The notes under the pieces were generated by a model, which was not told the origin of the DNA, ran no database searches, and saw nothing but the letters and a program-made list of their open reading frames with translations. 42,816 nucleotides of DNA, from the IMG/VR virus record IMGVR_UViG_3300023112_000003; one strand, given 5' to 3'. Position 1 is the stretch's first letter. Each line of letters begins with the position of its first letter. The translations under genes and the position numbers were made by a program. This DNA comes from a virus. Shown one piece after another: positions 26,148 to 34,490 of this stretch.

Positions 26148-26348
26148 TCAAATGGTTCTATTTACCCGTACGACAGTAATTGCTTCACGAGCTTTCCTGG
26201 CTTCTTCTACCATTTCCCTATGTTCCGCTCTCATAAGGAGATCCCTTATATCAAGAAGTACATCTAGGTTTAGCCTGGCAGCCTTTGCCTCGCCTGATAA
26301 AATCATGGTTTCGTTTGCTATTTTTTCGTAATGTTCTCTTGGTTTCAT
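26148..26348 (-). CDS. hypothetical helical protein (66 aa)
   Basis: ORF with TATAAT-N6-ATG start. Confidence 0.45.
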   Translation of the reverse strand: MKPREHYEKIANETMILSGEAKAARLNLDVLLDIRDLLMRAEHREMVEEARKAREAITVVRVNRTI

Positions 26349-26360
26349 ATCTTTATTATA
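26346..26360 (-). promoter_or_regulatory. TATAAT-N6-ATG leaderless-type promoter/start (66-aa gene)
   Basis: Minus strand reads TATAATAAAGATATG. Confidence 0.45.
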
Positions 26361-26362
26361 TT

Positions 26363-27754
26363 TTAATCTGCTACTAGCACTATATCAAAACCCGCTGATA
26401 CCCCTGCTATATCTGTGTCAGTGTCCATTCTCATTTCAACATCCGTCTTAGCTGAGAATACCTCTGGCTCCTCATAGACATGTTGAATATAAGATGTTCC
26501 TGTGACTGAAATGTTAGATAAGTGTTTTAGCTGAAATACCTGACCAAGTGGTCTGGCCTTTACCTCAATAGTATGCTGGCTGTCTCTTTTTGCACCTGCT
26601 GTCGAGGCGTACCAGTCTCTTATATATCCAGTGTACCCATCAGGGATAGTATAAATAGCCATTAAAGTCTGGTTGTTGCCGTTCTGTATTCTACCTCTTA
26701 TTGTATTGGCTGTATTAGGTACACCTCCCGTTTGTGCTGAACCATTTGTTCTTATATAAACATCCCCTGCTAAGTCTGTAGCACCAACGTTCTTCATTCT
26801 AAAAACTCTGAGCAGGTCAGTCCCAGTTGCTGATATATCAACGTCGGTTGTACCATTTAATGTGATTGTTTGTGTTACCAAATCATAGTTTCCGTCTAAT
26901 CCTTGGATCTCTATGTCTACCGTATCTGCCCCCGAGCTTGAAATAAGACCTATGTCCGCTGTGGCCGAATATGTGTAAAGCATGGGTGGGGACCCCGCAA
27001 ATAAACTGTCATCCGCTGCGTCCCACACAGTAACAAAACCGTCTGCTACGTCAAAGTCAGGGGCCGCACCGAACTTATGAATGAATGTGGTCCCAGTAAC
27101 GTCTCCTTTAGCAATAGCCAATCCACTCTCTGCGTCAGTAACCCGTAGGTTATTAGAGGAAGTAGCCCCAATGTTGATAAATCCTCCGCCGTTAGCCTTG
27201 GCTTTTAACACTGATGTGACAAGCTCTGCATCGTCATCATCAATGATAGCGTCAGCTATTCTGTGTGATGAAGGCTTGACGTTTGTATGTTTAAAAATAG
27301 TTTGCAATCTAAAGTATGTCTGACCCACAGCACCGTTTGTGTAGACCACACGAAAATACCTGAGAGCTGGTTGGAAAGAGAAGGTCTTACCAGAGGTTGC
27401 TGGAACTGTGAAGTAGTCTGTTCCGTCCCAATTAGTCCCATCTGGGGAGAACTGTACAGATAAACCGTCTGTTGCTGAGGCGTGACTAGCTTTTACACCC
27501 ACTATGATAACTGACACATTAGTAATATCTTCCGCGGTTCCAGTAAATGCTATACCTGCATCTAATTTCGTTGAGGAGGAGTTAGCTGTGGAAATGTGCC
27601 CACCACTAACGACAGACAGTTCGCCGTCGTCATTTATAGTAGCTGTGTTACCACCACTGGTAAGTTCAGTGACTGTTCTTACCGCAGTTTCACTGTCGCT
27701 GTTTAAAACGAATTTATCGTGGGTTCTCTGATTAGTAAATGAAGCTAGTGCCAT
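26363..27754 (-). CDS. beta-rich structural protein of unknown role (463 aa)
   Basis: TAATG-coupled to the portal gene. Thr/Gly/Asp-rich beta-type sequence with no motif recognised. Confidence 0.55.
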   Translation of the reverse strand: MALASFTNQRTHDKFVLNSDSETAVRTVTELTSGGNTATINDDGELSVVSGGHISTANSSSTKLDAGIAFTGTAEDITNVSVIIVGVKASHASATDGLSVQFSPDGTNWDGTDYFTVPATSGKTFSFQPALRYFRVVYTNGAVGQTYFRLQTIFKHTNVKPSSHRIADAIIDDDDAELVTSVLKAKANGGGFINIGATSSNNLRVTDAESGLAIAKGDVTGTTFIHKFGAAPDFDVADGFVTVWDAADDSLFAGSPPMLYTYSATADIGLISSSGADTVDIEIQGLDGNYDLVTQTITLNGTTDVDISATGTDLLRVFRMKNVGATDLAGDVYIRTNGSAQTGGVPNTANTIRGRIQNGNNQTLMAIYTIPDGYTGYIRDWYASTAGAKRDSQHTIEVKARPLGQVFQLKHLSNISVTGTSYIQHVYEEPEVFSAKTDVEMRMDTDTDIAGVSAGFDIVLVAD

Positions 27755-29655
27755 TAGACACCTCCGACACCGTGGAATTGCATTTCACCCTGAACGTGAG
27801 CCGCTAGGAACTGTTGTGCTTCAGGGGAGGCAGTCCTAAACATATCTGTTTTCATAAAATCTGTGTGGCTTTGTGTATGTTGAATATCAGCACCCTCAGT
27901 TGGTGGGACCTGTTCTCCCCCCATCATGGCCGCGTTTTCTTTGTCTGCTAACGCCGTCATATCTGCTCCGCCCTCTTGTGGGGCTTCTCCGCCCTGTCCT
28001 CTACCGGCAACAGCTAGGTCTAATTGTCCTTGTTCTAGTCTCTGTTCTTGTGCTTTCTGTGAAAGGTCTTCTGCATTTGGGAACTCGAATTGTCGTAACA
28101 CTTCGCCACCATCTAAGGCCCCTATTTCTGCAAGCCTCATAATAGTTTCTCTCTTGGCTTCTTGCGTGTGTCCCAACCAAGATCCTATTTTAACGATTAT
28201 CTCGTTATCCTTAGTTATTGTTGTTACGTCGTTTTCTAATTGTCCGTTTTCACCCTGTACCTTCACGAAGTTCTGTCCTTCTTCTGGCTCTGCTATTTTC
28301 ATAACCCTAGAAGCTACATACTTGTCGGCGATTATATTTATGATTCTTTCTCCAACGACTGATAGGAAAGATTCTAATGCCTGAGTTAATCCAGTAAGGT
28401 TGTTAGCATCGGCAGCCTGTAGGGCTTCCAGCGTCTTTCCTGACCTGGCACCTGCTGGTAACCTACCTAAAGCAGCGTCATGGGCACCTAAAGTGTCTTC
28501 TATATATTGCCCTAATTCTCCAGAAAGGGAGTCAAACCCTGTAGGCAATGGGTTCATTGTCATCTGCTGGAAGTTTCTGCCTTTGTTTATCTCGATAATT
28601 TCTCCGGCCTCGTTTGAAACCACTCCGGCCCCATGGCCTTTGTCGGCAATGATTCTATAAACCAACGCCTGGTTAACGTACATTATCTTTTGTGAAAGGG
28701 ATCTGTCTAAAGCTTTATTTAAAGGAATGGCGTCTGCCATCCAGGATCTCTGATATACCTTCAATGGGTTCATTGAGATCTGGAAGAAGATTAATGGGTA
28801 CTCTCTCTCAGGTAGATCCTCTTCTCTTAGGACCTCACCGCCCGCATATGTGAATAGTTTTATGTTTCCACCCTTTTCGTTCTTCTCGTCGTCCCAAAGT
28901 AAGAACTCTTTAACGGTGGCCCTCTTAATAACCTTCTCTTCTTTCTCGCTGTTCTCTTTTCTAATAATCTTTGCTTTTAATCTTGAAACTGCTAATTCTT
29001 CGTCAGCCTTTACTTTATCTCTAGCCTTCTTGTTATATCTCTCGTCTACTGCGATAGAGGATAGTGTTCTTCTTGGGGTTTTTGCGGCAAAACTTGAAAC
29101 AAGCCTTCCACCATATAGATAGGAGTTTTGGGCAATCCAAACGTCAAATGGATCGTGATTTCTTACACGAACCTGTCCTTGTCCGCCCTCTGCCTCCTCG
29201 TCCCAGTCTATCTCTACGATTCCAACTGAGGTGTTAAGTCCTGTGTCTACGACGCCATTAATCATAGCCTCTAGGTGTAGTTTTCTAAATATGGAGTCCA
29301 TAACCTTACCTACTCTTCTGGCATTGGCTACTGTGTCTTGGTCTATGTCCCCTGGGGTAACGTCCCACTTTGGTCTGTCACCAGTAACATAGTTCTGTAT
29401 AGCCCTCTTTGAAGAACGTATCTTGTTAACAACCATTCTAACCTCACCTCTTCTTTTAGGTGGGTTAGCTTCTAGTGTTTTAAGTGTGGTGTTGTAGGAA
29501 AGATAGTGTTTTCCGTCCTCGAACATACGGTTTAGGTACCACTCAAGGTCCATTTTCTCTCTGGCTGACTTGGCGTCTTCCAGTAAAGAGTCGCAATAAG
29601 AAATCTTCTCCTTATCGTCTAGTTTCTTCCATTCTTTCTTGTCTACTTTTATCAT
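27754..29655 (-). CDS. portal protein
   Basis: 633 aa, in the packaging operon downstream of terL (separated from it by the 79-aa gene 29652..29891, to which it is ATGA-coupled), with an acidic/Gly-rich C-terminus. Size and position fit portal proteins. Confidence 0.75.
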   Translation of the reverse strand: MIKVDKKEWKKLDDKEKISYCDSLLEDAKSAREKMDLEWYLNRMFEDGKHYLSYNTTLKTLEANPPKRRGEVRMVVNKIRSSKRAIQNYVTGDRPKWDVTPGDIDQDTVANARRVGKVMDSIFRKLHLEAMINGVVDTGLNTSVGIVEIDWDEEAEGGQGQVRVRNHDPFDVWIAQNSYLYGGRLVSSFAAKTPRRTLSSIAVDERYNKKARDKVKADEELAVSRLKAKIIRKENSEKEEKVIKRATVKEFLLWDDEKNEKGGNIKLFTYAGGEVLREEDLPEREYPLIFFQISMNPLKVYQRSWMADAIPLNKALDRSLSQKIMYVNQALVYRIIADKGHGAGVVSNEAGEIIEINKGRNFQQMTMNPLPTGFDSLSGELGQYIEDTLGAHDAALGRLPAGARSGKTLEALQAADANNLTGLTQALESFLSVVGERIINIIADKYVASRVMKIAEPEEGQNFVKVQGENGQLENDVTTITKDNEIIVKIGSWLGHTQEAKRETIMRLAEIGALDGGEVLRQFEFPNAEDLSQKAQEQRLEQGQLDLAVAGRGQGGEAPQEGGADMTALADKENAAMMGGEQVPPTEGADIQHTQSHTDFMKTDMFRTASPEAQQFLAAHVQGEMQFHGVGGV

Positions 29656-29891
29656 GTGTTATCTTTTGCCAAAAGCATTTCCTCTATAGAAATCTCCTCG
29701 ATTGGAACTATCTCTTGTTCCGGCTCCTTCTCGGTATCTTCCGCTACAGTTTCAACGGCCTCTTTATATTCGACTACGTCCTTGCTCATTATCTTTAGAA
29801 GGTGTCTTTCTCTCTCCTTACCGAAAGAAATATCCTTATAAACTATGTAGGCTGTTTGAAGCACTATAATAAAAAGTAGTACAAAGTCCAT
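29652..29891 (-). CDS. small membrane-anchored acidic protein (79 aa)
   Basis: N-terminal TM helix FVLLFIIVLQTAYIVY; TATAAT-N8-ATG start. Confidence 0.45.
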   Translation of the reverse strand: MDFVLLFIIVLQTAYIVYKDISFGKERERHLLKIMSKDVVEYKEAVETVAEDTEKEPEQEIVPIEEISIEEMLLAKDNT

Positions 29892-29905
29892 ATGTGTTAA
29901 TTATA
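29889..29905 (-). promoter_or_regulatory. TATAAT-N8-ATG promoter/start (79-aa membrane protein)
   Basis: Minus strand reads GGGTATAATTAACACATATG. Confidence 0.45.
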
Positions 29906-29907
29906 CC

Positions 29908-31398
29908 CTAGTAGTTCTCACCCATAAAGGGATCAATAGGGCCTTTCTTTCTACTAGACTGTGTCTTTAGTAAGTCTTCAAAATAATTCCCCGATAGGCT
30001 TTGTGCCTGCTCCGGCGGGTCTGCTTCAAATCCTACCTCGTCCATGTCCGTCAAAGCATCGATCATATCATCTCTACGTCCTCTAGGAAACTTTAGTATT
30101 TGTTCTTCTAATTCAAACATATCTCTTTTAATGAAAACCTTACCCCTCTCAAATCTAGGCTGGAGGACTGACCTAATTCTCATCTGTTTTGTAACATGTC
30201 CCCTAGATTTAATCTCTACTAAAGGCAGGTATTTGTTCCTTCTATTTTCCTCGTCGTGAATTGGGGTCATAAGCCCCTGGGCCTGCCCGATTACCTCTAT
30301 TGTCATCGAGAGTGGTTTCCATAAGGCATGAACCGAGAACAGTTGCTCTATAAGTTCTCCAACGGTCCACTGGCCGGTCCTGGCTTCTAGGACATACCAG
30401 TTATTTAATGAGTCTACCCCTACGGTTAGGATGCAGGACTCGTCTGCGTCAGCGTGTTGGCTTACTGCTGGGTCGCAGAGAGAGAATATATTTAAACTTT
30501 TCGGCAATTTTGTATCTTCGCCCTCTCCCCAATATTTAATCTGGTCTTTTTTAATTAAAGCACTCTCTTCGTCGACCGGGTCGTTCAAATAAAACGAGGA
30601 AAACACATAGGATCCCTGCAATTTTCTTAATTCATTTAACTTCTCCTCACTTAAAAGCTCTGGAAAGTACAAACTACCGTCTGGGTGGTATGCCCCCTTA
30701 ATATAAACGTCAACTTCATCAGGCATTTTCTCTAAAATCCATGAATATAGCTCATAGTAGGACCAGCGTGTGCCAATTATTATCATTTCTCCATCGTAAT
30801 CGAGTAAAGAAAAGGCCCGTTTCCACCAATCTATGACTTTATCTGACTGATACCTTGTAGCGGAGTTCTCTAGGTTGACCAAGTCGTCAGCTATTATCAT
30901 ACTATAGTGCCTAGAAACAAGGTTTCCTCCTACTCCTGCTGCTGAGACTGAGGGTTCTCTGACTGAAAGAGGTCGCCCTATAATTTCTATCTCATCTTCA
31001 TTCCACTTCAAGGACTTGTCGTAAAATTCTCCATATAACTCAATAAGTTGGGGGTTTTTTCGTAAATGTTCTTTAATTTCACCCATAAAGTTCTGGGCGT
31101 TGGCTAAAGTTGCGTTAGCTACTAGTATCCTACTACCTCTATCCTCACAAAGTGCCTGTAGAGTCCTCCCAGCGGTAAAGAACGTGCTTTTAAAACACGC
31201 CCGCGGGACCAATATCATTTTAATTCGTTTTGTGGAGTTCTTGTACCAATCAGTCCACTCTCCATGGACATGGTCTACAAGGTACTTTTGGCGTCCGGGG
31301 TCCGATTCTATTATATATTTATTGAAATAATAGAGATCATCGAGCCCCTTGGCCTTCTTTTTTAATAATAAACTTTCATAGAGTTCGCGTTTACTCAT
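29908..31398 (-). CDS. terL: terminase large subunit
   Basis: 496 aa. Walker A-like ILVPRACFKSTF, Walker B MIIADDLVN. C-terminal RNase H-like nuclease acidic residues (CDPAVSQHADADES, GVD, DDMIDAL). Confidence 0.9.
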   Translation of the reverse strand: MSKRELYESLLLKKKAKGLDDLYYFNKYIIESDPGRQKYLVDHVHGEWTDWYKNSTKRIKMILVPRACFKSTFFTAGRTLQALCEDRGSRILVANATLANAQNFMGEIKEHLRKNPQLIELYGEFYDKSLKWNEDEIEIIGRPLSVREPSVSAAGVGGNLVSRHYSMIIADDLVNLENSATRYQSDKVIDWWKRAFSLLDYDGEMIIIGTRWSYYELYSWILEKMPDEVDVYIKGAYHPDGSLYFPELLSEEKLNELRKLQGSYVFSSFYLNDPVDEESALIKKDQIKYWGEGEDTKLPKSLNIFSLCDPAVSQHADADESCILTVGVDSLNNWYVLEARTGQWTVGELIEQLFSVHALWKPLSMTIEVIGQAQGLMTPIHDEENRRNKYLPLVEIKSRGHVTKQMRIRSVLQPRFERGKVFIKRDMFELEEQILKFPRGRRDDMIDALTDMDEVGFEADPPEQAQSLSGNYFEDLLKTQSSRKKGPIDPFMGENY

Positions 31399-31744
31399 CT
31401 AGTCCTTTTAAGGCGGTAATAAGCTCGTCCTTCTTCATTCCAGGCCTGAAAACTCCAGCCTTAGATCCTATGGCTACAAGGGTTTTCCAAGGAACTTTGT
31501 CATAGTCAACCTCAGACGTCGTTATATCTACTGGTTCTGAGGGTGTTTCGACCTTTGTCTCTCCGCCTGTGAACTCAACAAGTCCTAGGCCGTTTTTCTT
31601 TAGTGCATGGTCTGACTCCATTCCGTCTAGGATTCTTTTTTCTCCTGGTTGGAATATGAAGGTCTCTCCACCACATCTAAACTCTTTTACTTCATCGGTT
31701 GGGTTGTGTAACATTTTGGGCTTATATCTCATATTTATCACCAT
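31391..31744 (-). CDS. hypothetical protein with C-terminal HeH/Rho-N-like helix pair (117 aa; may start at 31732)
   Basis: C-terminus VPWKTLVAIGSKAGVFRPGMKKDELITAL. SD GAAGGATGGTGA favours the second ATG (MRYKPK). Confidence 0.45.
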   Translation of the reverse strand: MVINMRYKPKMLHNPTDEVKEFRCGGETFIFQPGEKRILDGMESDHALKKNGLGLVEFTGGETKVETPSEPVDITTSEVDYDKVPWKTLVAIGSKAGVFRPGMKKDELITALKGLDE

Positions 31745-31836
31745 CCTTCACAGGTATAACTAAAAACATAGTTTCTCCAGTTCTCTTATTATAAACAGCT
31801 ATAGGGAGGTCTCCAATATAGGAGTATATTCTCCTA

Positions 31837-32040
31837 CTAAACTTTCTTATGTTTATCTTCTTTATTTTCTTTTTCATCTTTTTTGGCGGGCTCTGGTGTA
31901 GTAATTATGGATATTAGCCCAAATCTTGGACATGCTCCATTATTACAAAAAGGAGCGTCTTTTCCGCCGTCGAAGATGGCTACCGCTTGGACGGGCTCTT
32001 GACAGGCTATACAGTACATAACGAAAGTATACCATGTCAT
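31837..32040 (-). CDS. small Cys-rich protein (67 aa), Lys/Glu-rich tail
   Basis: CIAC...CNNGAC pattern suggests a zinc ribbon. Confidence 0.4.
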   Translation of the reverse strand: MTWYTFVMYCIACQEPVQAVAIFDGGKDAPFCNNGACPRFGLISIITTPEPAKKDEKENKEDKHKKV

Positions 32041-32157
32041 GACTTCGTAAAACAGAACTAGCCGCAGTCGAAACCGCAGCTAGGGAGCAGGTGATTTAAT
32101 AAGTGCCTTCTAAAAGTGACTCTCATCTTTTCCGACTAAAGTATATCCCAAGGACCT

Positions 32158-32613
32158 CTAGGATTCCAGTTCTTGGTTTAGCCTTCGAATCTTCTCGTCT
32201 AATTCCTCTTCTGAGACATCTAAGGAGAGGTTTAGGGTCTTCTTTTCTACCTTTTGTGGGGCGTAAACCCCTAATATTTTGTTAATTTCTTGGATATAAG
32301 CAAGCCTAGTTCTATAGTCTACTGCTAGGTCCCCCCCTTTTATAACACTGGTGGCCTCTAAGCCCTCTTCTAATCGCTTTTCAACCTTGGAGTTAGGGCC
32401 GACTATCTGTTTCTCGTGAAGTCCATCCATTAGATACTTTCTAAATTCAGGTTTCGCAAAATTTTGGGAGGTCATTGATCTGGCTGAGTTTTCTGTGGTT
32501 ACATTATAAAACTTCTTTGTGGACTCTACTGGGTTAGGCTTCTCGCCTTTTTTAATCTTCTCTACTATGTCTTCTGCTACTAGTTTTTGTTTTGCTGACA
32601 GGTTTTTCTTCAT
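32158..32613 (-). CDS. terS: terminase small subunit
   Basis: 151 aa. The N-terminal LSAKQKLVAEDIV..YNVTTENSARSMTSQNFAKPEFRKYL follows the HTH pattern of small terminases. It sits upstream of terL. Confidence 0.55.
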   Translation of the reverse strand: MKKNLSAKQKLVAEDIVEKIKKGEKPNPVESTKKFYNVTTENSARSMTSQNFAKPEFRKYLMDGLHEKQIVGPNSKVEKRLEEGLEATSVIKGGDLAVDYRTRLAYIQEINKILGVYAPQKVEKKTLNLSLDVSEEELDEKIRRLNQELES

Positions 32614-32708
32614 TTGTTTCCTATATAAACTACCAACAATATTATAACAGCTATATATATTATAGATGTTGCGAATAGTGTTCCGTTTTGTGCCATTGTT
32701 ATAATCAT
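32610..32708 (-). CDS. possible 32-aa membrane peptide
   Basis: Own translation MIITMAQNGTLFATSIIYIAVIILLVVYIGNK; ATGA overlap with the terS start. Confidence 0.3.
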   Translation of the reverse strand: MIITMAQNGTLFATSIIYIAVIILLVVYIGNK

Positions 32709-32758
32709 TCTAATCTTAGTGTTAAATAGTAACTACATTTCTACTCCTAAACATTACT

Positions 32759-32917
32759 TTACTTTATCTCCATCCCGACTGGAACGGGCTTATGTGCTTT
32801 CAACAACCTAATGGCCATTTCAATAGCACCCTCATTCTCTTGTGGGCCCCCAAACTCGTCCATAAGGAATTTAGCTAGTATATCTACTTGTTCTTTTAGT
32901 GTTATGTTTTCTTTCAT
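32759..32917 (-). CDS. hypothetical protein (52 aa)
   Basis: Own translation MKENITLKEQVDILAKFLMDEFGGPQENEGAIEMAIRLLKAHKPVPVGMEIK; GGAGGTGAAAATT-ATG SD. Confidence 0.4.
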   Translation of the reverse strand: MKENITLKEQVDILAKFLMDEFGGPQENEGAIEMAIRLLKAHKPVPVGMEIK

Positions 32918-32938
32918 AATTTTCACCTCCTAAACATA

Positions 32939-33013
32939 TAGAGCGAGGCAAAGTGACTTCATTGCCAAATATATCCCAACTGATATCACCTGTTGGTTAG
33001 CACACTCGCTCTA
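32939..33013 (-). other. 75-nt intergenic structured element (outer 9-bp stem enclosing two hairpins)
   Basis: TAGAGCGAG/CTCGCTCTA outer stem; inner GGCAA/TTGCC and CCAAC/GTTGG stems. Confidence 0.25.
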
Positions 33014-33027
33014 CATACTCAGGAACA

Positions 33028-33153
33028 TTATATCCTCACTGAAGCCTTACACTCCAGCCTAGCACGTTCTTCCTTCTCTTTATCTGTTGCCTTAAGACCA
33101 CGTTTATTGTGTATCTCTAAGGCCTTTATTAGCTTTTGTATACTCCTAAACAT
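33028..33153 (-). CDS. possible 41-aa basic peptide
   Basis: Own translation MFRSIQKLIKALEIHNKRGLKATDKEKEERARLECKASVRI; TGATG coupling to the upstream gene. Confidence 0.3.
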   Translation of the reverse strand: MFRSIQKLIKALEIHNKRGLKATDKEKEERARLECKASVRI

Positions 33154-33392
33154 CACCCCTGTTCCTCCGATAGGTATTGTTCACTTAACCAGTCTTCAAA
33201 CGCGTTCCAACCTTCTAAACCAGCTGCAGGGTTGAACTCCTTATAAGCAGCACCCAGTTTTGAAGCAAACCCCTCTACCGCCTCTTTGCGTATTTGCTTC
33301 TCTAGGGGGCTTAGTTTACCTAAAATCTCATTTATAGCCATATCTGGTATATCGTCCCAAGCCTCTTTTATTATTTCTCTTATATCATTCAT
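33153..33392 (-). CDS. hypothetical acidic protein (79 aa)
   Basis: ORF with ATGA-type overlap to the upstream ORF. Confidence 0.5.
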   Translation of the reverse strand: MNDIREIIKEAWDDIPDMAINEILGKLSPLEKQIRKEAVEGFASKLGAAYKEFNPAAGLEGWNAFEDWLSEQYLSEEQG

Positions 33393-33582
33393 TTAATTCC
33401 CCTTCTTTTGACCTAGCTTCCTCTTCGGAGCTAAACCAATACTGTTTTTGTTTGTGTCCCTTCTTATCCTTTGTGACCTCAAATGTAGTTACACACCACT
33501 GACTGGCCTTCTTAACGTACTTAACTAAGATTCGCACTATAGGGCCCTTCTTCAGAATATATACCCTCGGATTTCTCGACAC
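33385..33582 (-). CDS. hypothetical basic protein (65 aa, GTG start; true start uncertain)
   Basis: Overlaps the 3' end of 33521..33793 by 62 nt in another frame. An alternative GTG at 33537 shortens the overlap. Confidence 0.35.
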   Translation of the reverse strand: MSRNPRVYILKKGPIVRILVKYVKKASQWCVTTFEVTKDKKGHKQKQYWFSSEEEARSKEGELNE

Positions 33583-33793
33583 TAATTACCGTGGTTGTAG
33601 GTTCATCTATTTCTGCTATGGGTTGTATTCCCATGGCTTCTATCCCCATTTCATAAGCCCTAATAGAACCTGGAGTTGCGTTGGGGTCTAAAACATAAGC
33701 TACTGGTTTACCGAATCTTGTGATCATGACAGGCAAATCTAGCAGTTCTTCTTTTAAGTTCCTGGAGAATTTTCTAATTTTAACTTCTCGCAT
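33521..33793 (-). CDS. Phd/YefM-like antitoxin-domain protein (90 aa)
   Basis: The N-terminus VKIRKFSRNLKEELLDLPVMITRFGKPVAYVL fits the Phd/YefM pattern (...ITRxGKPVAVL). Confidence 0.45.
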   Translation of the reverse strand: MREVKIRKFSRNLKEELLDLPVMITRFGKPVAYVLDPNATPGSIRAYEMGIEAMGIQPIAEIDEPTTTVISVEKSEGIYSEEGPYSANLS

Positions 33794-33953
33794 TGAGCTC
33801 CTTTAACATATCTCCTTTAAGTTGTTCTAATAAAAAGTCTAAATTGCCCTCATTATCTGGGTAAGGCCATACTTCTACCCAACCGAAAACCGAGTCTTTG
33901 CTTATACCTAGAAGCTTTTTAGCTAAATAATATTTTATATTTTTAATTCCCAT
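33780..33953 (-). CDS. small HTH DNA-binding protein (57 aa), leaderless first gene of the minus-strand arm
   Basis: Own translation MGIKNIKYYLAKKLLGISKDSVFGWVEVWPYPDNEGNLDFLLEQLKGDMLKELNARS. LAKKLLGISKDSVFGW resembles an excisionase/MerR-type HTH. Confidence 0.45.
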   Translation of the reverse strand: MGIKNIKYYLAKKLLGISKDSVFGWVEVWPYPDNEGNLDFLLEQLKGDMLKELNARS

Positions 33954-33988
33954 GTCTTTATCTTACCCTATTGTCTGACTTATGTAAA
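33951..33988 (-). promoter_or_regulatory. sigma70-type promoter TTTACA-17-TAAGAT-N6-ATG (leaderless HTH gene)
   Basis: Minus strand reads TTTACATAAGTCAGACAATAGGGTAAGATAAAGACATG. Confidence 0.55.
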
Positions 33989-34185
33989 GCTATAAAAATA
34001 TTACATAATAGTGTGGGGGTTGATATAAATAACTACCAAATCCAGTCCCATCCCTACCTATCCCCCCCTACCTTTCCTTGCTGTGATAGCTTTGTTTAGT
34101 GTCAGTGAGGTGGTGGAGAACACGCATGCTAGAATGCTGATACTCTACTCTATATCTATATACACTCTTATACTTACCATTTACA

Positions 34186-34326
34186 TTGTCTTTGAGGGTT
34201 CCATGCAGATAGTTGTGTTACCCAATCTGTTATGCGGGTAATATGCGGGATATATTAAGTCCCAATAAGTTGTATATCCCATTACTTCTATCTCTTTATA
34301 GTGTGTTTATGTTGTTTTTGAGGGTT
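34186..34326. repeat. two copies of TTGT(C/T)TTTGAGGGTT (34186..34200 and 34312..34326)
   Basis: 14/15 identity, 126 bp apart, in non-coding DNA. Confidence 0.6.
34231..34249. repeat. tandem TATGCGGG x2 with 11-bp period
   Basis: TATGCGGGTAATATGCGGG in the divergent control region. A related ATATGCGTG sits in the 34463 promoter spacer. Confidence 0.6.
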
Positions 34327-34462
34327 TCTAGTGGTTTGGGGTGGAAAGCGAGGCTGTAGAATGCTCTCTAATCCATTTTTAAGCATATAGTGAGGGTGTA
34401 ATGCCTTGGATGAATGCTGTTGTTGTAGGGTCTATCTAGTTCTACAAGTACCAAGAAAGTCC

Positions 34463-34490
34463 TTGACAATATGCGTGTACTATCTATACT
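34463..34490 (+). promoter_or_regulatory. early promoter TTGACA-16-TATACT
   Basis: TTGACAATATGCGTGTACTATCTATACT followed by AGGTATACAAGT. Lies 41 nt before ATG 34532. Confidence 0.65.
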
